The translations under genes were made by a program, and so were the position numbers. The notes under the pieces are model-generated. The model was not told where the DNA came from. It did no database searches and was given only the letters and a program-made list of their open reading frames with translations. From an uncultured delta proteobacterium (GTDB taxonomy: Bacteria; Myxococcota_A; Polyangia; Fen-1088), in assembly GCA_963755125.1 (NCBI GenBank), contig CAVWIP010000016.1, forward strand, positions 96,001-160,000: DNA of 64,000 nucleotides. The letters are read 5' to 3'. This document shows, piece after piece, positions 17,604-29,203 of the stretch (position 1 is its first letter; each line of letters begins with the position of its first letter).

Positions 17604-19883
17604 ATGAAGAAACGGGAGGGCACGGACGCCGAGATGTTGCGCGCGCGCGCCGAAGACCGGCTGAAAGAGAAGCCGAGCAGGCCGGAGGCCGACGGCCGCG
17701 ATATGGTGGAGGAGTCGCAGCGTCTGGTCCACGAGCTGCAGGTTCACCAGATCGAGCTGGAGCTGCAGAACGAGGAGCTGCAAGCGTCGCGGGCAGAGTT
17801 GGAGGCGGGGTTGGAACGTTATTCTCACCTCTACGACTTCGCGCCGGTGGGCTACCTGACATTGGATCGCGACGGGGCGATCCAGAAGGTCAATCTCACC
17901 GGGGCGCGGCTGCTCGGGCTGGAGCGTGCTCGCCTGGTCGGGACGCGCCTTGGCCGCTTCGTCTCGGCTGAATATCGTCCCGCCTTCAACGCTCTTCTCG
18001 ACAAGGTCTTCGAGAGCCAGGCCAGGCAGGGCTGCGATCTGGAGATCTGCCCGGAGACGATCGCACCCATCTGGTTACACATCGATGCGATCGTCGCCGA
18101 TGACCAAGGCCGCGAATGTCGCGCGGTATTGGCCGACGTGACCGAGCGCCGGCGCATCGAAGAGTCTCTACGCTTTCGCGTCTCACTGCTCGACTATGCT
18201 GCCAACCACTCGCTGGAAGAACTGCTGCAAGAGACGCTGGACAAGGTCGGGGCTCTGACCGAAAGCCCGATCGGTTTCTACCACTTCGTCGAGCCGGACC
18301 AGAACACGCTTCGCCTGGCAGCCTGGTCCAGGCGAACCGTCAAGGAGTTCTGCTCGGCCACAGGACAAGGCAGCCACTACCCGATCGAGCAGGCTGGTGT
18401 CTGGGCGGACTGCGCGCGCCAGCGATGGCCGGTCATCCACAACGACTATGCCTCGCTCCCGCATCGCAAGGGACTGCCCGAGGGACATGCGGCCATCACG
18501 CGCGAACTGGTCGTGCCCATCATCCGGTCAGAGCTCATCGTGGCCATCGTTGGGGTCGGCAACAAGCCCAGCGATTACACCGACAGCGACGTGCAGATCG
18601 TCTCGCACCTGGCCGACGTGGCCTGGACCATCATCGAGCGCAAGCGCGCGGAACAGGCCCTGCAGGAAAGCGAGGCGCGCTATCGCGAGGCTGCGCAGGC
18701 GCTGGCCGAGGCGGACCGCAACAAGAATCATTTCCTGGCGGTGCTCTCGCACGAGCTGCGCAATCCGCTCGCCCCCATCACCAACAGCCTCTACATCCTC
18801 GACCGCGCGGTTCCGGGCGGCGCCCAGGCGCTTCGCGCCCACGCGGTGATCGCCCGACAGGTCGGCCAGCTTTCCCGCTTGGTTGACGATCTGCTCGACA
18901 CCACCAGGATCGGGCGCAACAAGCTCACGCTGCACCGGGAACGATTGGAGCTCAACCAACTGGTGCGCCGGACGCTGGACGATTACGGACCCCAGTTCGA
19001 GAAGAACCAGGTGGGTGTCGAGCTTGCTCCCGCGCCCAGGCCGGTGTTTGTCAACGGAGACGGAAACCGTCTGGCACAGATTGTGGGCAACCTGTTGCAG
19101 AATGCCGCAAAGTTCACCGGGCCGGGCGGCCACACGCGCGTGTCCGTGTCCACCGACGACAAGAGCAAACGCGCGGTTGTTCGTGTTGCCGATACCGGCG
19201 TCGGCATGGATGCCCCAATGCTGGAGCGCCTGTTCCAGCCGTTTGCACAGGCTGATACCACGCTCGATCGCAGTAAGGGTGGTCTGGGTCTCGGACTGGC
19301 GCTCGTTAGAGGGCTGGTTGAACTGCACGGCGGCACCATCTCCGCGCACAGCCCTGGGCTGGGCCAAGGGGCAGAATTTGTCGTGCGCCTGCCACTGGCG
19401 CTGGAGCAGACTGCGGCTGACGGACCAGCGCGCTCCAGCACCGAGGCCCAAGGCGGCCGCCGGCGCGTGCTGGTCATCGAGGACAACATCGACGCGGCCG
19501 AGAGCCTGCGCGAGGCGATCGAGTTCAGCGGACACGAAGTCGAGGTCGCATACAATGGACCCGCAGGCATCGCCAAGGCCCACCAGTACAAGCCCGAGGT
19601 CGTCTTCTGCGACATTGGACTTCCCGGCATGGACGGCTTCGATGTCGCCCGGGCGTTCCGGGCTGACCATGCCCTCAAAGGCGCCCATCTCGTGGCGCTC
19701 AGTGGGTACGCCCTGCCCGAGGACGTGCAACGGGCTTTTGAGGCCGGCTTCGATCAGCATCTCGCCAAACCGCCGAATCTGTTGAGCCTGGAACAAACCC
19801 TGGCGCACATGCCGTCGGCTGCGCGCGAGCTGGCGAGCGAACCGGATTCCAGCAAAGAGGGACCGGGATCCGTCGCAGACTGA
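17604..19883 (+). CDS. Hybrid sensor histidine kinase (PAS-GAF-HisKA-HATPase-REC)
   Basis: HELQVHQIELE coiled coil, PAS LYDFAPVGY, GAF with GNK..DY, H-box SHELRNPL, N-box NLLQNAAKF, G boxes DTGVG and GGLGLG, receiver EDN..CDIGLPGMDG..KP. Confidence 0.95.
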   Translation: MKKREGTDAEMLRARAEDRLKEKPSRPEADGRDMVEESQRLVHELQVHQIELELQNEELQASRAELEAGLERYSHLYDFAPVGYLTLDRDGAIQKVNLTGARLLGLERARLVGTRLGRFVSAEYRPAFNALLDKVFESQARQGCDLEICPETIAPIWLHIDAIVADDQGRECRAVLADVTERRRIEESLRFRVSLLDYAANHSLEELLQETLDKVGALTESPIGFYHFVEPDQNTLRLAAWSRRTVKEFCSATGQGSHYPIEQAGVWADCARQRWPVIHNDYASLPHRKGLPEGHAAITRELVVPIIRSELIVAIVGVGNKPSDYTDSDVQIVSHLADVAWTIIERKRAEQALQESEARYREAAQALAEADRNKNHFLAVLSHELRNPLAPITNSLYILDRAVPGGAQALRAHAVIARQVGQLSRLVDDLLDTTRIGRNKLTLHRERLELNQLVRRTLDDYGPQFEKNQVGVELAPAPRPVFVNGDGNRLAQIVGNLLQNAAKFTGPGGHTRVSVSTDDKSKRAVVRVADTGVGMDAPMLERLFQPFAQADTTLDRSKGGLGLGLALVRGLVELHGGTISAHSPGLGQGAEFVVRLPLALEQTAADGPARSSTEAQGGRRRVLVIEDNIDAAESLREAIEFSGHEVEVAYNGPAGIAKAHQYKPEVVFCDIGLPGMDGFDVARAFRADHALKGAHLVALSGYALPEDVQRAFEAGFDQHLAKPPNLLSLEQTLAHMPSAARELASEPDSSKEGPGSVAD

Positions 19884-19953
19884 GTGGCGGGCGCGCGTCC
19901 TCGGAAGAACAACCCTTTCCACGATCGAGCCGCGCACCCAATCGCAGCGATCG

Positions 19954-20052
19954 GTGGTAGTCGTGGACGTTGTCGTGGTCGTAGACGTGGTCGTCTTCGT
20001 GGCCGTGGCCGGAGCGATCACCGTCGGCCACGACCACGACCATGGCCGCGAC
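19954..20052. repeat. Low-complexity GTN/GWC-triplet tract with a complementary CACGAC arm (imperfect inverted repeat)
   Basis: gtggtagtcgtggacgttgtcgtggtcgtagacgtggtcgtcttcgtggcc followed by ggccacgaccacgaccatggccgcgac, between convergent genes. Confidence 0.65.
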
Positions 20053-20078
20053 GTGTTGTGGTTGTCGCGAAATTGCGA

Positions 20079-21257
20079 TCAAACCAGCGCAATGGCGCCG
20101 GGGGATCGCTGCGGTCCACTGTACGGGTGCCGCTCCACCACGCGCAAGCGCGCGCGGGTCAACCGCTCGATGTCGCGCAGGAAGGTGCGCTCGCTGGGGT
20201 CGCAGAAGGACAGCGCGATGCCGGCGGCGCCGGCGCGACCGGTGCGGCCGATGCGGTGCACGTAGCTCTCTGGCTCGTTGGGGATCTCGAAATTGATGAC
20301 GTGAGTGATCCCGTCCACGTCGATCCCGCGTGACGCGATGTCGGTGGCCACCAGCACACGCACGCTGCCCTTCTTGAAACCGGCCAGGGCGCGCTCGCGC
20401 GCTGACTGGCTCTTGTTGCCGTGGATGGCCTCGCTGCACACTCCGCCGCGGTTGAGGTGCTCGGCCACGCGGTTGGCGCCGTGCTTGGTGCGGGTGAAGA
20501 CCAGCACGCGAGCCATGGCCCGATCGCGCAGCACCTCGGCCAGCAAGTTGCGCTTGTTGTTCGACTGCACGTGCAGCACCCACTGGCTGACCTTCTCGGC
20601 GGTGCTGGCTGTGGGCGTGACCGACACCGTCGCTGGGTTGTGCAGCATTCCGCTGGCCAGCGCCACGATGTCGGGCGGCAGGGTGGCCGAGAACAGCATG
20701 GTCTGACGCTGCCGCGGCACCGCGGCCACGATGCGACGGATAGGCTGGATGAATCCCATGTCCAGCATGCGATCGCCCTCGTCGAGCACCAGGGCCTCGA
20801 CGCCGTCCAGCCGCACATGTCCCTGCTGCATGAGATCGAGCAGGCGGCCGGGGGTGGCCACCAGGATTTCAGCCCCGCGGCGGATGCCGTCCACCTGCGG
20901 CTTCTGCCCGACCCCGCCGAAAACCACCACGTGGCGCAAGGGAAGATGGCGGCCGTAGCTGGCAAAGCTTTCGCCGATCTGGGAGGCCAGCTCGCGCGTG
21001 GGCGCCAGCACCAGGGCGCGCGGCCCGCGCAGACCCTCGCGCCGGGGCGAGCCGGCCAGGCGGGTCAGGATGGGAATGGCGAAGGCCGCAGTCTTGCCGG
21101 TGCCAGTCTGCGCGCAACCGAGCAGATCGCGGCCCGCCAAAAGGAGCGGAATAGCCTGCGCCTGGATGGGCGTGGGCACGGTGTAGCCCTCGCTATGAAG
21201 GGCACGGCGAATGGGATCGATGATGTCGAGCTGGGAAAAGGAGCTGATGGTGTTCAT
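20079..21257 (-). CDS. rhlE: DEAD-box RNA helicase, RhlE-like
   Basis: Q-motif [28 protein letters not shown] (DEAD variant), SAT and HRIGRTGR. Confidence 0.9.
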   Translation of the reverse strand: MNTISSFSQLDIIDPIRRALHSEGYTVPTPIQAQAIPLLLAGRDLLGCAQTGTGKTAAFAIPILTRLAGSPRREGLRGPRALVLAPTRELASQIGESFASYGRHLPLRHVVVFGGVGQKPQVDGIRRGAEILVATPGRLLDLMQQGHVRLDGVEALVLDEGDRMLDMGFIQPIRRIVAAVPRQRQTMLFSATLPPDIVALASGMLHNPATVSVTPTASTAEKVSQWVLHVQSNNKRNLLAEVLRDRAMARVLVFTRTKHGANRVAEHLNRGGVCSEAIHGNKSQSARERALAGFKKGSVRVLVATDIASRGIDVDGITHVINFEIPNEPESYVHRIGRTGRAGAAGIALSFCDPSERTFLRDIERLTRARLRVVERHPYSGPQRSPGAIALV

Positions 21258-21472
21258 TTTTCTCTCGGTTGTCCCCGAGAGACGCCATCCGAGCCTGCCT
21301 TTTCGCGCAACGATCCGAGACGACCACTTCGAGGTTGGTTACGAACTACGGCAGTAGTGATGCGGGGAGAAGCCTGCGAAGTCAAGGTTTTGCTTCAGGC
21401 TACGGGCTTAGATCTTTCCCGATTGTGGTGCGTTGCAATCGGATGGACACTAATCCCGCCACGAGGACGACC

Positions 21473-23626
21473 ATGAAAACAGCCCTGCTCATCACCGCAA
21501 TCCTTTCTCTTTCCGCGTGCAGCTCCGCCACCAGCTACGTGCGCTCCGACACTGTGCTGGGACGGGTGGTCATCTACCGCAACGGCGTGGCCTACTTCGA
21601 GCGCTCGGCGACCGTGGCCGAGGATTCTCTGCAACTCTCCGTCCCGGCGGACAAGGTGGACGATTTCTTGCGCTCGCTCACCGTGGTCGACGCGGACACG
21701 GGCGAGCCCACGCCGGTTTCCTATCCGACTCAGCCGGCGCTGGCCGGCGGGACCGGGCTGATCGACATGAGGATCGGGCTGTCCGGCACGGCGCCGCACA
21801 AGTTGCGCCTGTCGTACGTGACCGAGGCGCCCTCGTGGAAACCCAGCTACCGCTTGGTCCTGGCCAAGCCCGGCACGGTGGAAGTGCAAGCATGGGCCGT
21901 GGTGGACAACACCTCGGGCGAGGACTGGAATCAGGTGAAGCTGGGCGTGGGTTCCAGCTCGGCCATGTCGTTCCGCTACGACCTGCACTCGGTGCGCAAC
22001 GTGGAGCGTGAAACCCTCCGCTCGAACGATCTGTTTGCCCAGGCTCCGCCCACCGGTGGGTCGAGCTACGGCCAGGCGGGCGGGACAATGCCGATCCTGG
22101 CCGAGTTGAACGATGCCGTGCTGGCTCGGGACGAGGAGATCGAGAAGGAGGCGCCCTCGGTGATGGCCGAGTCGATGGCCGCCGACGTGCACGTCAGCCG
22201 GTCGCGGCGGGCCGCCAAGCCCAAGGCTTCCGCACCGGAGCCTGCGTTCGCGCACAAGGACGCCGGGGCTCCGCCGGGCCAGCCGCTGGACAGTCGCATG
22301 GCCGATGTCGCGCGCCGGCTGCAGTCCACCCACGATCAGGTGGTCGTGGAAGGATTCGCCGAGGCCCACGAGAGTGACAAGAACGCAGCCTCGCTGGCGC
22401 GTGCCAATCGCGTGCGCGAGCAGCTCATCCGCAACGGACTTCCCCCCGAACAGGTGGTGGCCGTGGGTCGCGGCCTGCAGGCCGGACATGCCGGCGGTGT
22501 TCGCCTGGTGCAAACCCCGCCGCCGCCCGCACCGCCCAAGAGCCCGGCGTCCGCTGCCTCGGCCGAAGCGCAAGAGCCCATCGGCACCGCGCACTTCGAA
22601 TCGCAGACCGCCATGTCAGTGGCGCGCGGCTCGTCCGCCATGGTTTCCATCCTGAAGAAGGACGCCAGCGGCGAGGTGGTCTACTTCTATGATTCCGAAA
22701 CCTCGCGCGGCAACGACATCTTCCCGTTCAAGGCCATCCGTCTCATCAACCCGACGGACTCCGTACTGGAAGGCGGCCCGGTCACGGTGTTCGGCGAGGG
22801 CCGCTTCATCGGCGAAGGTCTGGTCGAGCCCATTCCGGCGCGCTCGCCCGCTTTCGTTCCCTTTGCCCTGGACCGCCAGGTGGTGGTGGAGCGCAAGAGC
22901 GAGGAGCGCGACGAGATCGCGCGCATCATCACCGTCCAGCGCGGCGTCTTTTCCACCGAGGCGAAGCACATCCGGCGCACGGTTCTGACCCTGAACAACC
23001 GCCAGGACGAGAAGGCCTCGGTGTATCTGCGCCACAGTCTGCTGCCCGGTTACAGCCTGACCAAGTCACCCGGCAAGAGCGAGCGCATGGGCGCGGCCTA
23101 CCTGTTCCGCATCGAACTGGAGCCCAAGGCCAAGATCGACGTGACGTTGGAGGAAGCCACGCCGGTGTTCCAGACCACGGACATCCGCGCCCACGACGGC
23201 CTGGAGCTGATCGGCGCGTATCTCTCCTCGGCGGCCACCGGCATCCTGAAGGATCAGGTCGCTCATCTCATCAAGCTGCACAAAGAGACCGCCAACATCG
23301 AGCAGCAGATCAACACCACGCGCGAGCAGATGCAGGAGTACCGCGCGCGCATGGACGAGTTGCACGCGCAGATCGTGACCCTGACCGAGGTGAGGACCGG
23401 CGCAGCGCTGTTGAGGGACCTGCAGAAGAAGATGCAGGACATTTCACAGAAAGTCTCGCAGGCGACCATTCAATTGGTGAACCTGCAAGAGCGACTGATG
23501 ATTGCGCGTATCAACTTCCAAGACGCCGTGGCCGAACTGAGCCTGGAAGAAAAGAAGCCCGAGGTCGCCGGCGGCGAGTCTGCCCCCGCCAGGGAAAAGA
23601 CCGCGGCGCACAAAAAGGCGAGGTAG
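21473..23626 (+). CDS. DUF4139-type lipoprotein with inserted OmpA-like domain and C-terminal coiled coil
   Basis: Lipobox LSAC; RVVIYRNGVAYFER, LSYVTEAPSWKPSYRL and AVVDNTSGEDW. OmpA-like VVVEGF..SLARANRVREQLIRNGLP..VAVGRG. Confidence 0.75.
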   Translation: MKTALLITAILSLSACSSATSYVRSDTVLGRVVIYRNGVAYFERSATVAEDSLQLSVPADKVDDFLRSLTVVDADTGEPTPVSYPTQPALAGGTGLIDMRIGLSGTAPHKLRLSYVTEAPSWKPSYRLVLAKPGTVEVQAWAVVDNTSGEDWNQVKLGVGSSSAMSFRYDLHSVRNVERETLRSNDLFAQAPPTGGSSYGQAGGTMPILAELNDAVLARDEEIEKEAPSVMAESMAADVHVSRSRRAAKPKASAPEPAFAHKDAGAPPGQPLDSRMADVARRLQSTHDQVVVEGFAEAHESDKNAASLARANRVREQLIRNGLPPEQVVAVGRGLQAGHAGGVRLVQTPPPPAPPKSPASAASAEAQEPIGTAHFESQTAMSVARGSSAMVSILKKDASGEVVYFYDSETSRGNDIFPFKAIRLINPTDSVLEGGPVTVFGEGRFIGEGLVEPIPARSPAFVPFALDRQVVVERKSEERDEIARIITVQRGVFSTEAKHIRRTVLTLNNRQDEKASVYLRHSLLPGYSLTKSPGKSERMGAAYLFRIELEPKAKIDVTLEEATPVFQTTDIRAHDGLELIGAYLSSAATGILKDQVAHLIKLHKETANIEQQINTTREQMQEYRARMDELHAQIVTLTEVRTGAALLRDLQKKMQDISQKVSQATIQLVNLQERLMIARINFQDAVAELSLEEKKPEVAGGESAPAREKTAAHKKAR

Positions 23627-23677
23627 CGAAGCGACATTCGCTCGACCCGTGACTCGGCGGTTTGAGGCATCGCTTCC

Positions 23678-24373
23678 CTAGTTCCCGTCGTTGATTGTAA
23701 TGAGCGCAGGCGAGTCGTGGGTCACGGCCAGAAAGGTCGCGTTGGCAGGAAGGCCCGCGGGAATGCTGCCGTCGTTGGCGGTGTTGAGGTTGCAGGCCGC
23801 CAGCGCATAGAACCAGGGAACGCTCGGGGTCGTGGTCCACAACTGCTGCCCGATGCCGGCCTGAGACCCCTGGCTGGCGGGACCGGCGTTGACCAAGTAG
23901 GTGCAGTAGAGCTGGTTCCAGCGGGGCCGCAGTCCGATCCGGCTCCAGCCAGAGGGTTGCGGGTTGGGGATGTTCTGCGGCGTGCGCGCAGATTCAAAGC
24001 CCGGGGCAGTGGGGGAAACGGGTATGAACGCCGTCGCCGCCTCGTCGGGGCTCGGCTGCGTGAGATTGTCGTCCAAGCGCGCCGGCACGTACGCACCCAT
24101 GTCCATGAAGTAGAGTTGCTCCTTGGCCGCCAGCTCGGCCAGCATGGCGTCAGCCTCCGAAAGCCGCGCCCGCGCCACGTAGCGCTTGTACCCGATGGTC
24201 GCAATGGCAGCCAGCACGCCAAGGATGACGATTACGATCATCAGCTCGATCAGCGTCGTTCCCTGTGTACGGCCGCAGGGTTGGCGATTCGTCCCACCAC
24301 CCGTCGCGGCGTTGTGCCGGCGCGCGATCAATCCGGGCGCGCCCCACCGTAGAGAGACAGACTGTGAATCCAT
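23678..24373 (-). CDS. Type IV pilin-like protein (prepilin cleavage/methylation motif)
   Basis: QG|TTLIELMIVIVILGVLAAIA with E5, then YVARARLSEA..EQLYF. AAGGAG RBS upstream of 24373. Confidence 0.85.
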   Translation of the reverse strand: MDSQSVSLRWGAPGLIARRHNAATGGGTNRQPCGRTQGTTLIELMIVIVILGVLAAIATIGYKRYVARARLSEADAMLAELAAKEQLYFMDMGAYVPARLDDNLTQPSPDEAATAFIPVSPTAPGFESARTPQNIPNPQPSGWSRIGLRPRWNQLYCTYLVNAGPASQGSQAGIGQQLWTTTPSVPWFYALAACNLNTANDGSIPAGLPANATFLAVTHDSPALITINDGN

Positions 24374-24504
24374 GCCCTTCTCCTTGGTTACGACGAGATG
24401 TATTGCTGTCCCGTCTGCATCAAGGGTGCAGCCTGCGTGTCTCGCGCGTATTGCCGGAAAGTAAAGCTACGTAAAGGTGTGGACCTGGTGCCAACGAGGT
24501 GAAG

Positions 24505-24795
24505 ATGAATCTGCTGTCATCTCTCTTCCAATTGTCCTCTTGTCTTGTGGTTTGTCCCCTGCTGGGATGTGGTAGTGGCTCGCACACCGGCACCCGAGCG
24601 ACCGCGGGGTGCGGCTCGGCCCAGAACAATGCTTTCTGCGCGTCGATGTCTTTGTCGCCGCCCATTGGGCAGCCGCCGCAGAAATCGTACAAGGAGTTCA
24701 ACAACAACTGGCCGCTCGACTCCTGGCAGGTGACGGAGCCGAGCGACGGGTACCAGGTGTGCTACATCCGTTTGCTGTCGAAGTTCGTGAAGTAG
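24505..24795 (+). pseudogene. Internally deleted GH9-like glycoside hydrolase lipoprotein (signal peptide + C-terminal ~60 aa)
   Basis: Lipobox LLGC, then GQPPQKSYKEFNNNWPLDSWQVTEPSDGYQVCYIRLLSKF, which resembles the GH9 C-terminal catalytic-Glu segment. Only 96 aa. Confidence 0.6.
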
Positions 24796-24841
24796 GCTCG
24801 GGCCAGCTCTGCCGCGCCTCTGGGGCGACCGCAGGTCGCCC

Positions 24842-26461
<1,620 letters not shown>

Positions 26462-26599
26462 GGGGGCAGCGAAGAGTAGCAGAGGAATGGCGCCCGTGCG
26501 CGAGAGAGTGCCTTCAATCGCCGTAGGCAAACGATCCGAGCACAATCCCCAGCGATATGCCCTGTCCCGCCGCAGAAGCTGCGGCCGCAAAGAGAAACT

Positions 26600-28438
26600 C
26601 TACCGCGGAATCAACGACTCCAGTTCGGCCCAACGGACATAGAGGCGATCGACGTCGGCTTTGGCAGCGGCGATCTCGGCCTCCAATTCGACCAGGCGAC
26701 TGTGGTTGGTGGCGACCTCCGGGCTGTCCTGCTCGGCCCGCAGCGCAGTCAGTCTTGCCTCGGTCTCGGCGATGCGAGCCTCGATGCTGTCCCATTCGCG
26801 CTGGTCAATGTAGCTGAGCTTGCGGCGCGGCGCCGGTACACTGGCCGCTGACGTCGTCCTGGGCCTGGCAGAATTTGTGGCCGCAATTGCTTCGGCCTCC
26901 TCAGCGTGCCAGGCCTCCCATTGAGTGAGACCCACCATGGAACTGATGCGCCCCTCGGCGCCTGGCCGCGTGTGAAAAGCGAGTAGCCTATTTGTCACGC
27001 GGTCGAGAAAGTAGCGATCGTGGGTCACCAGCAGGACCGCGCCCTCGAAGCCCAGCAGCGACACTTCCAGCACCTGCAGTGTATCCATGTCGAGATCGTT
27101 GGTGGGCTCGTCGAGCACCAGCACATTCGCGGGCCGCAACATCAGGCGCGCGATGGCCAGCCGGCTCTGCTCGCCGCCCGAGAGCTGGCCCACCGCCAGC
27201 TTGCTGTGCTCGCTGCGGAACAGGAAGCGCGCCAGGTAGCCGCTGACGTGAACGCGCGCCCCGCGAAAGGTGACGTGATCGCCTCCGGGGCAGAGCGTGT
27301 CCACCACATTGAGGCTTGGATCCAGCGCCTCGCGGTGCTGGGCGAAGTACGCCACCTGCAGGCCGTCGGCGCGCAGGATCTGGCCGGCGTCGGGCGGCTC
27401 GTCACCCACCAGCACGCGCAGCAAGGTCGACTTGCCGCAACCGTTGGGACCAATGAGTCCCACGCGGCTGCCCGGGCCGACGAAAAGATCGAGTTCCTTG
27501 AAGATGATCTTGTCGCCGTACGACTTGGCGATGCCGCGCGCTTCGATGAAGCGGCGGGGGTTGCGGCCGGTGCCGGCGAAATCGATATTCGCGGTGCGCA
27601 CGACATTGCGACTGGCCAGCTCGTCGACCTCGCCTGCCAGCGCATCGGCGCGCTGGATGCGCGCCTGCTGCTTGGTGGTGCGGGCCGGCGCGCCCGCACG
27701 CAGCCACTCGGTCTCGCGGCGCAAAGTATTGCGCAACGAAACCTCGCGCCGCTCTTGCGCGGCCATCAGATCCGCCTTGCGCTCGATGAAGGTGGCGTAG
27801 TCGCCATCGACGGAGAGCAGTCCGCCGGCGTTGCGCCGGTCCAGTTCCAGAATGCGATTGGCCACCCGCTGCAGAAACAGGCGATCGTGCGTGACGGTGA
27901 CTGTGGCAAACGGGGCCGCGGCCAGCAGCTTCTCCAGCCAAAGAATACTGTCGACGTCCAAATGGTTGGTGGGCTCGTCCAGCAGCAGCAGTTCCGGCTC
28001 GCGCACCAGCTCGCGCGCCAGCGCCACCCGCTTGCGCCAGCCACCTGATAGCCGCTCCACTGGCGCGTCCGCACCCGCCTGCGCACCGCCCAGGTCCAGC
28101 CGCGAGATCAGCTCGTCCGCGAGCGCCGCCGCCCGCCAGGCCAAATCGTGATCCCCAATTGGCGCACCCTCGAGGATTGTCTCGCGCACGGTGCGCCCTG
28201 TTCTGAACTCCGGCACCTGCGCCACATGGCCCACGCGCAACCCGCGCCGCAGCGACAGCTCGCCGCGATCCGGACTGTCGGCACCGGCCAGGATTCGCAG
28301 CAGCGTGGTTTTGCCCGCGCCGTTGGGCCCAATCAGACCGACACGCTCGCCCTCGCCCAGGGTGAAGCTGACGCCGTCGAACAGCGGGCGCGCGCCGAAC
28401 GACTTGGACAGGTCCTGGGCTGTGGCGAGGATCGCCAT
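26600..28438 (-). CDS. uup: ABC-F family ATPase, Uup-like
   Basis: Two ABC cassettes (GPNGAGKT/LSGG/DEPTNHLD; GPNGCGKS/LSGGE/DEPTNDLD), linker WLRAGAPARTTKQQARI, and C-terminal RKLSY..RWAELE domain. Confidence 0.88.
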   Translation of the reverse strand: MAILATAQDLSKSFGARPLFDGVSFTLGEGERVGLIGPNGAGKTTLLRILAGADSPDRGELSLRRGLRVGHVAQVPEFRTGRTVRETILEGAPIGDHDLAWRAAALADELISRLDLGGAQAGADAPVERLSGGWRKRVALARELVREPELLLLDEPTNHLDVDSILWLEKLLAAAPFATVTVTHDRLFLQRVANRILELDRRNAGGLLSVDGDYATFIERKADLMAAQERREVSLRNTLRRETEWLRAGAPARTTKQQARIQRADALAGEVDELASRNVVRTANIDFAGTGRNPRRFIEARGIAKSYGDKIIFKELDLFVGPGSRVGLIGPNGCGKSTLLRVLVGDEPPDAGQILRADGLQVAYFAQHREALDPSLNVVDTLCPGGDHVTFRGARVHVSGYLARFLFRSEHSKLAVGQLSGGEQSRLAIARLMLRPANVLVLDEPTNDLDMDTLQVLEVSLLGFEGAVLLVTHDRYFLDRVTNRLLAFHTRPGAEGRISSMVGLTQWEAWHAEEAEAIAATNSARPRTTSAASVPAPRRKLSYIDQREWDSIEARIAETEARLTALRAEQDSPEVATNHSRLVELEAEIAAAKADVDRLYVRWAELESLIPR

Positions 28439-28609
28439 GAGGTGCGGAAGTATAGGGGCGAAACCACTGGCAGTCCCGGTTCGTGACCACTTGGCCAGGT
28501 TCTGGTGGAGTATTGACAGTGCCTGTGGAATTCTCACCGGGTGCAGCGAGAGATTTGTGTAGATTTGCCCGGGTGTCGGCCGGCATGTCTCTTGCCTATC
28601 CAAGCACTC

Positions 28610-29152
28610 GTGATATCCGCTGCTCGCCTCTTGCTGGGGGCCTTCTTGGTTCTCGTCCTGTTCGCCAGCGAGGCAGCTCACGCCCAAACACTGCCGGCGG
28701 CTCCGCCCGCTGCCGACGCCCCATGGGGAAATGGGCGAAGTGTGATCGCGGTCAACTTCGGGATTGCCTCGGCGGTAGGTTTCGCGGGGCTTACCTACGC
28801 CTACTCGCCGCTGTCATGGCTCGAAACCGAGGTCGGCTTTGGACAGGGATTTTCCGGCACGCAGTTTTCGGCCATGCAGAAGCTTACGGTCGGCGGTCCC
28901 ATGACCCACTTCATCGCCGGTGTGGGCTTCGCCTATACTGTCGGGAAGGGCGTGGACAGCGCGTATAGACCTCCCTATTGGTGGCTAAACATCGATATCG
29001 CTGGTCTCGAGGTGAGGACCAAGAGTCACTTCGACTTCTTCATTGCGGCGGGACTCACGCGCGAATTTGAACGGCCAATCGCAGTGATGGACAATGACCC
29101 AGGTGGCAACACCTTCCCTCAGCTTCGCATGGGTATTGGTGGCTGGTTCTGA
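28610..29152 (+). CDS. Hypothetical secreted/outer-membrane beta-barrel protein
   Basis: Signal peptide ending AAHAQ, alternating beta-strand pattern, C-terminal GGWF. Start uncertain (28541 or 28610). Confidence 0.55.
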   Translation: MISAARLLLGAFLVLVLFASEAAHAQTLPAAPPAADAPWGNGRSVIAVNFGIASAVGFAGLTYAYSPLSWLETEVGFGQGFSGTQFSAMQKLTVGGPMTHFIAGVGFAYTVGKGVDSAYRPPYWWLNIDIAGLEVRTKSHFDFFIAAGLTREFERPIAVMDNDPGGNTFPQLRMGIGGWF

Positions 29153-29203
29153 CGGAGCCGGGCTGGAACCGCAGGCGCCGACGTAGTAAACACCCTCGCT
29201 CTC

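Noticed and set aside
19954..20265. Poly-Val ORF, and the poly-Thr start of the 18528-20021 ORF
   Set aside because: Translations of the low-complexity repeat; they overlap real genes antisense.
24415..24432. Sigma54 promoter for the pilin gene (CTGCACCCTTGATGCA on the minus strand)
   Set aside because: Lacks the invariant GG at -24.
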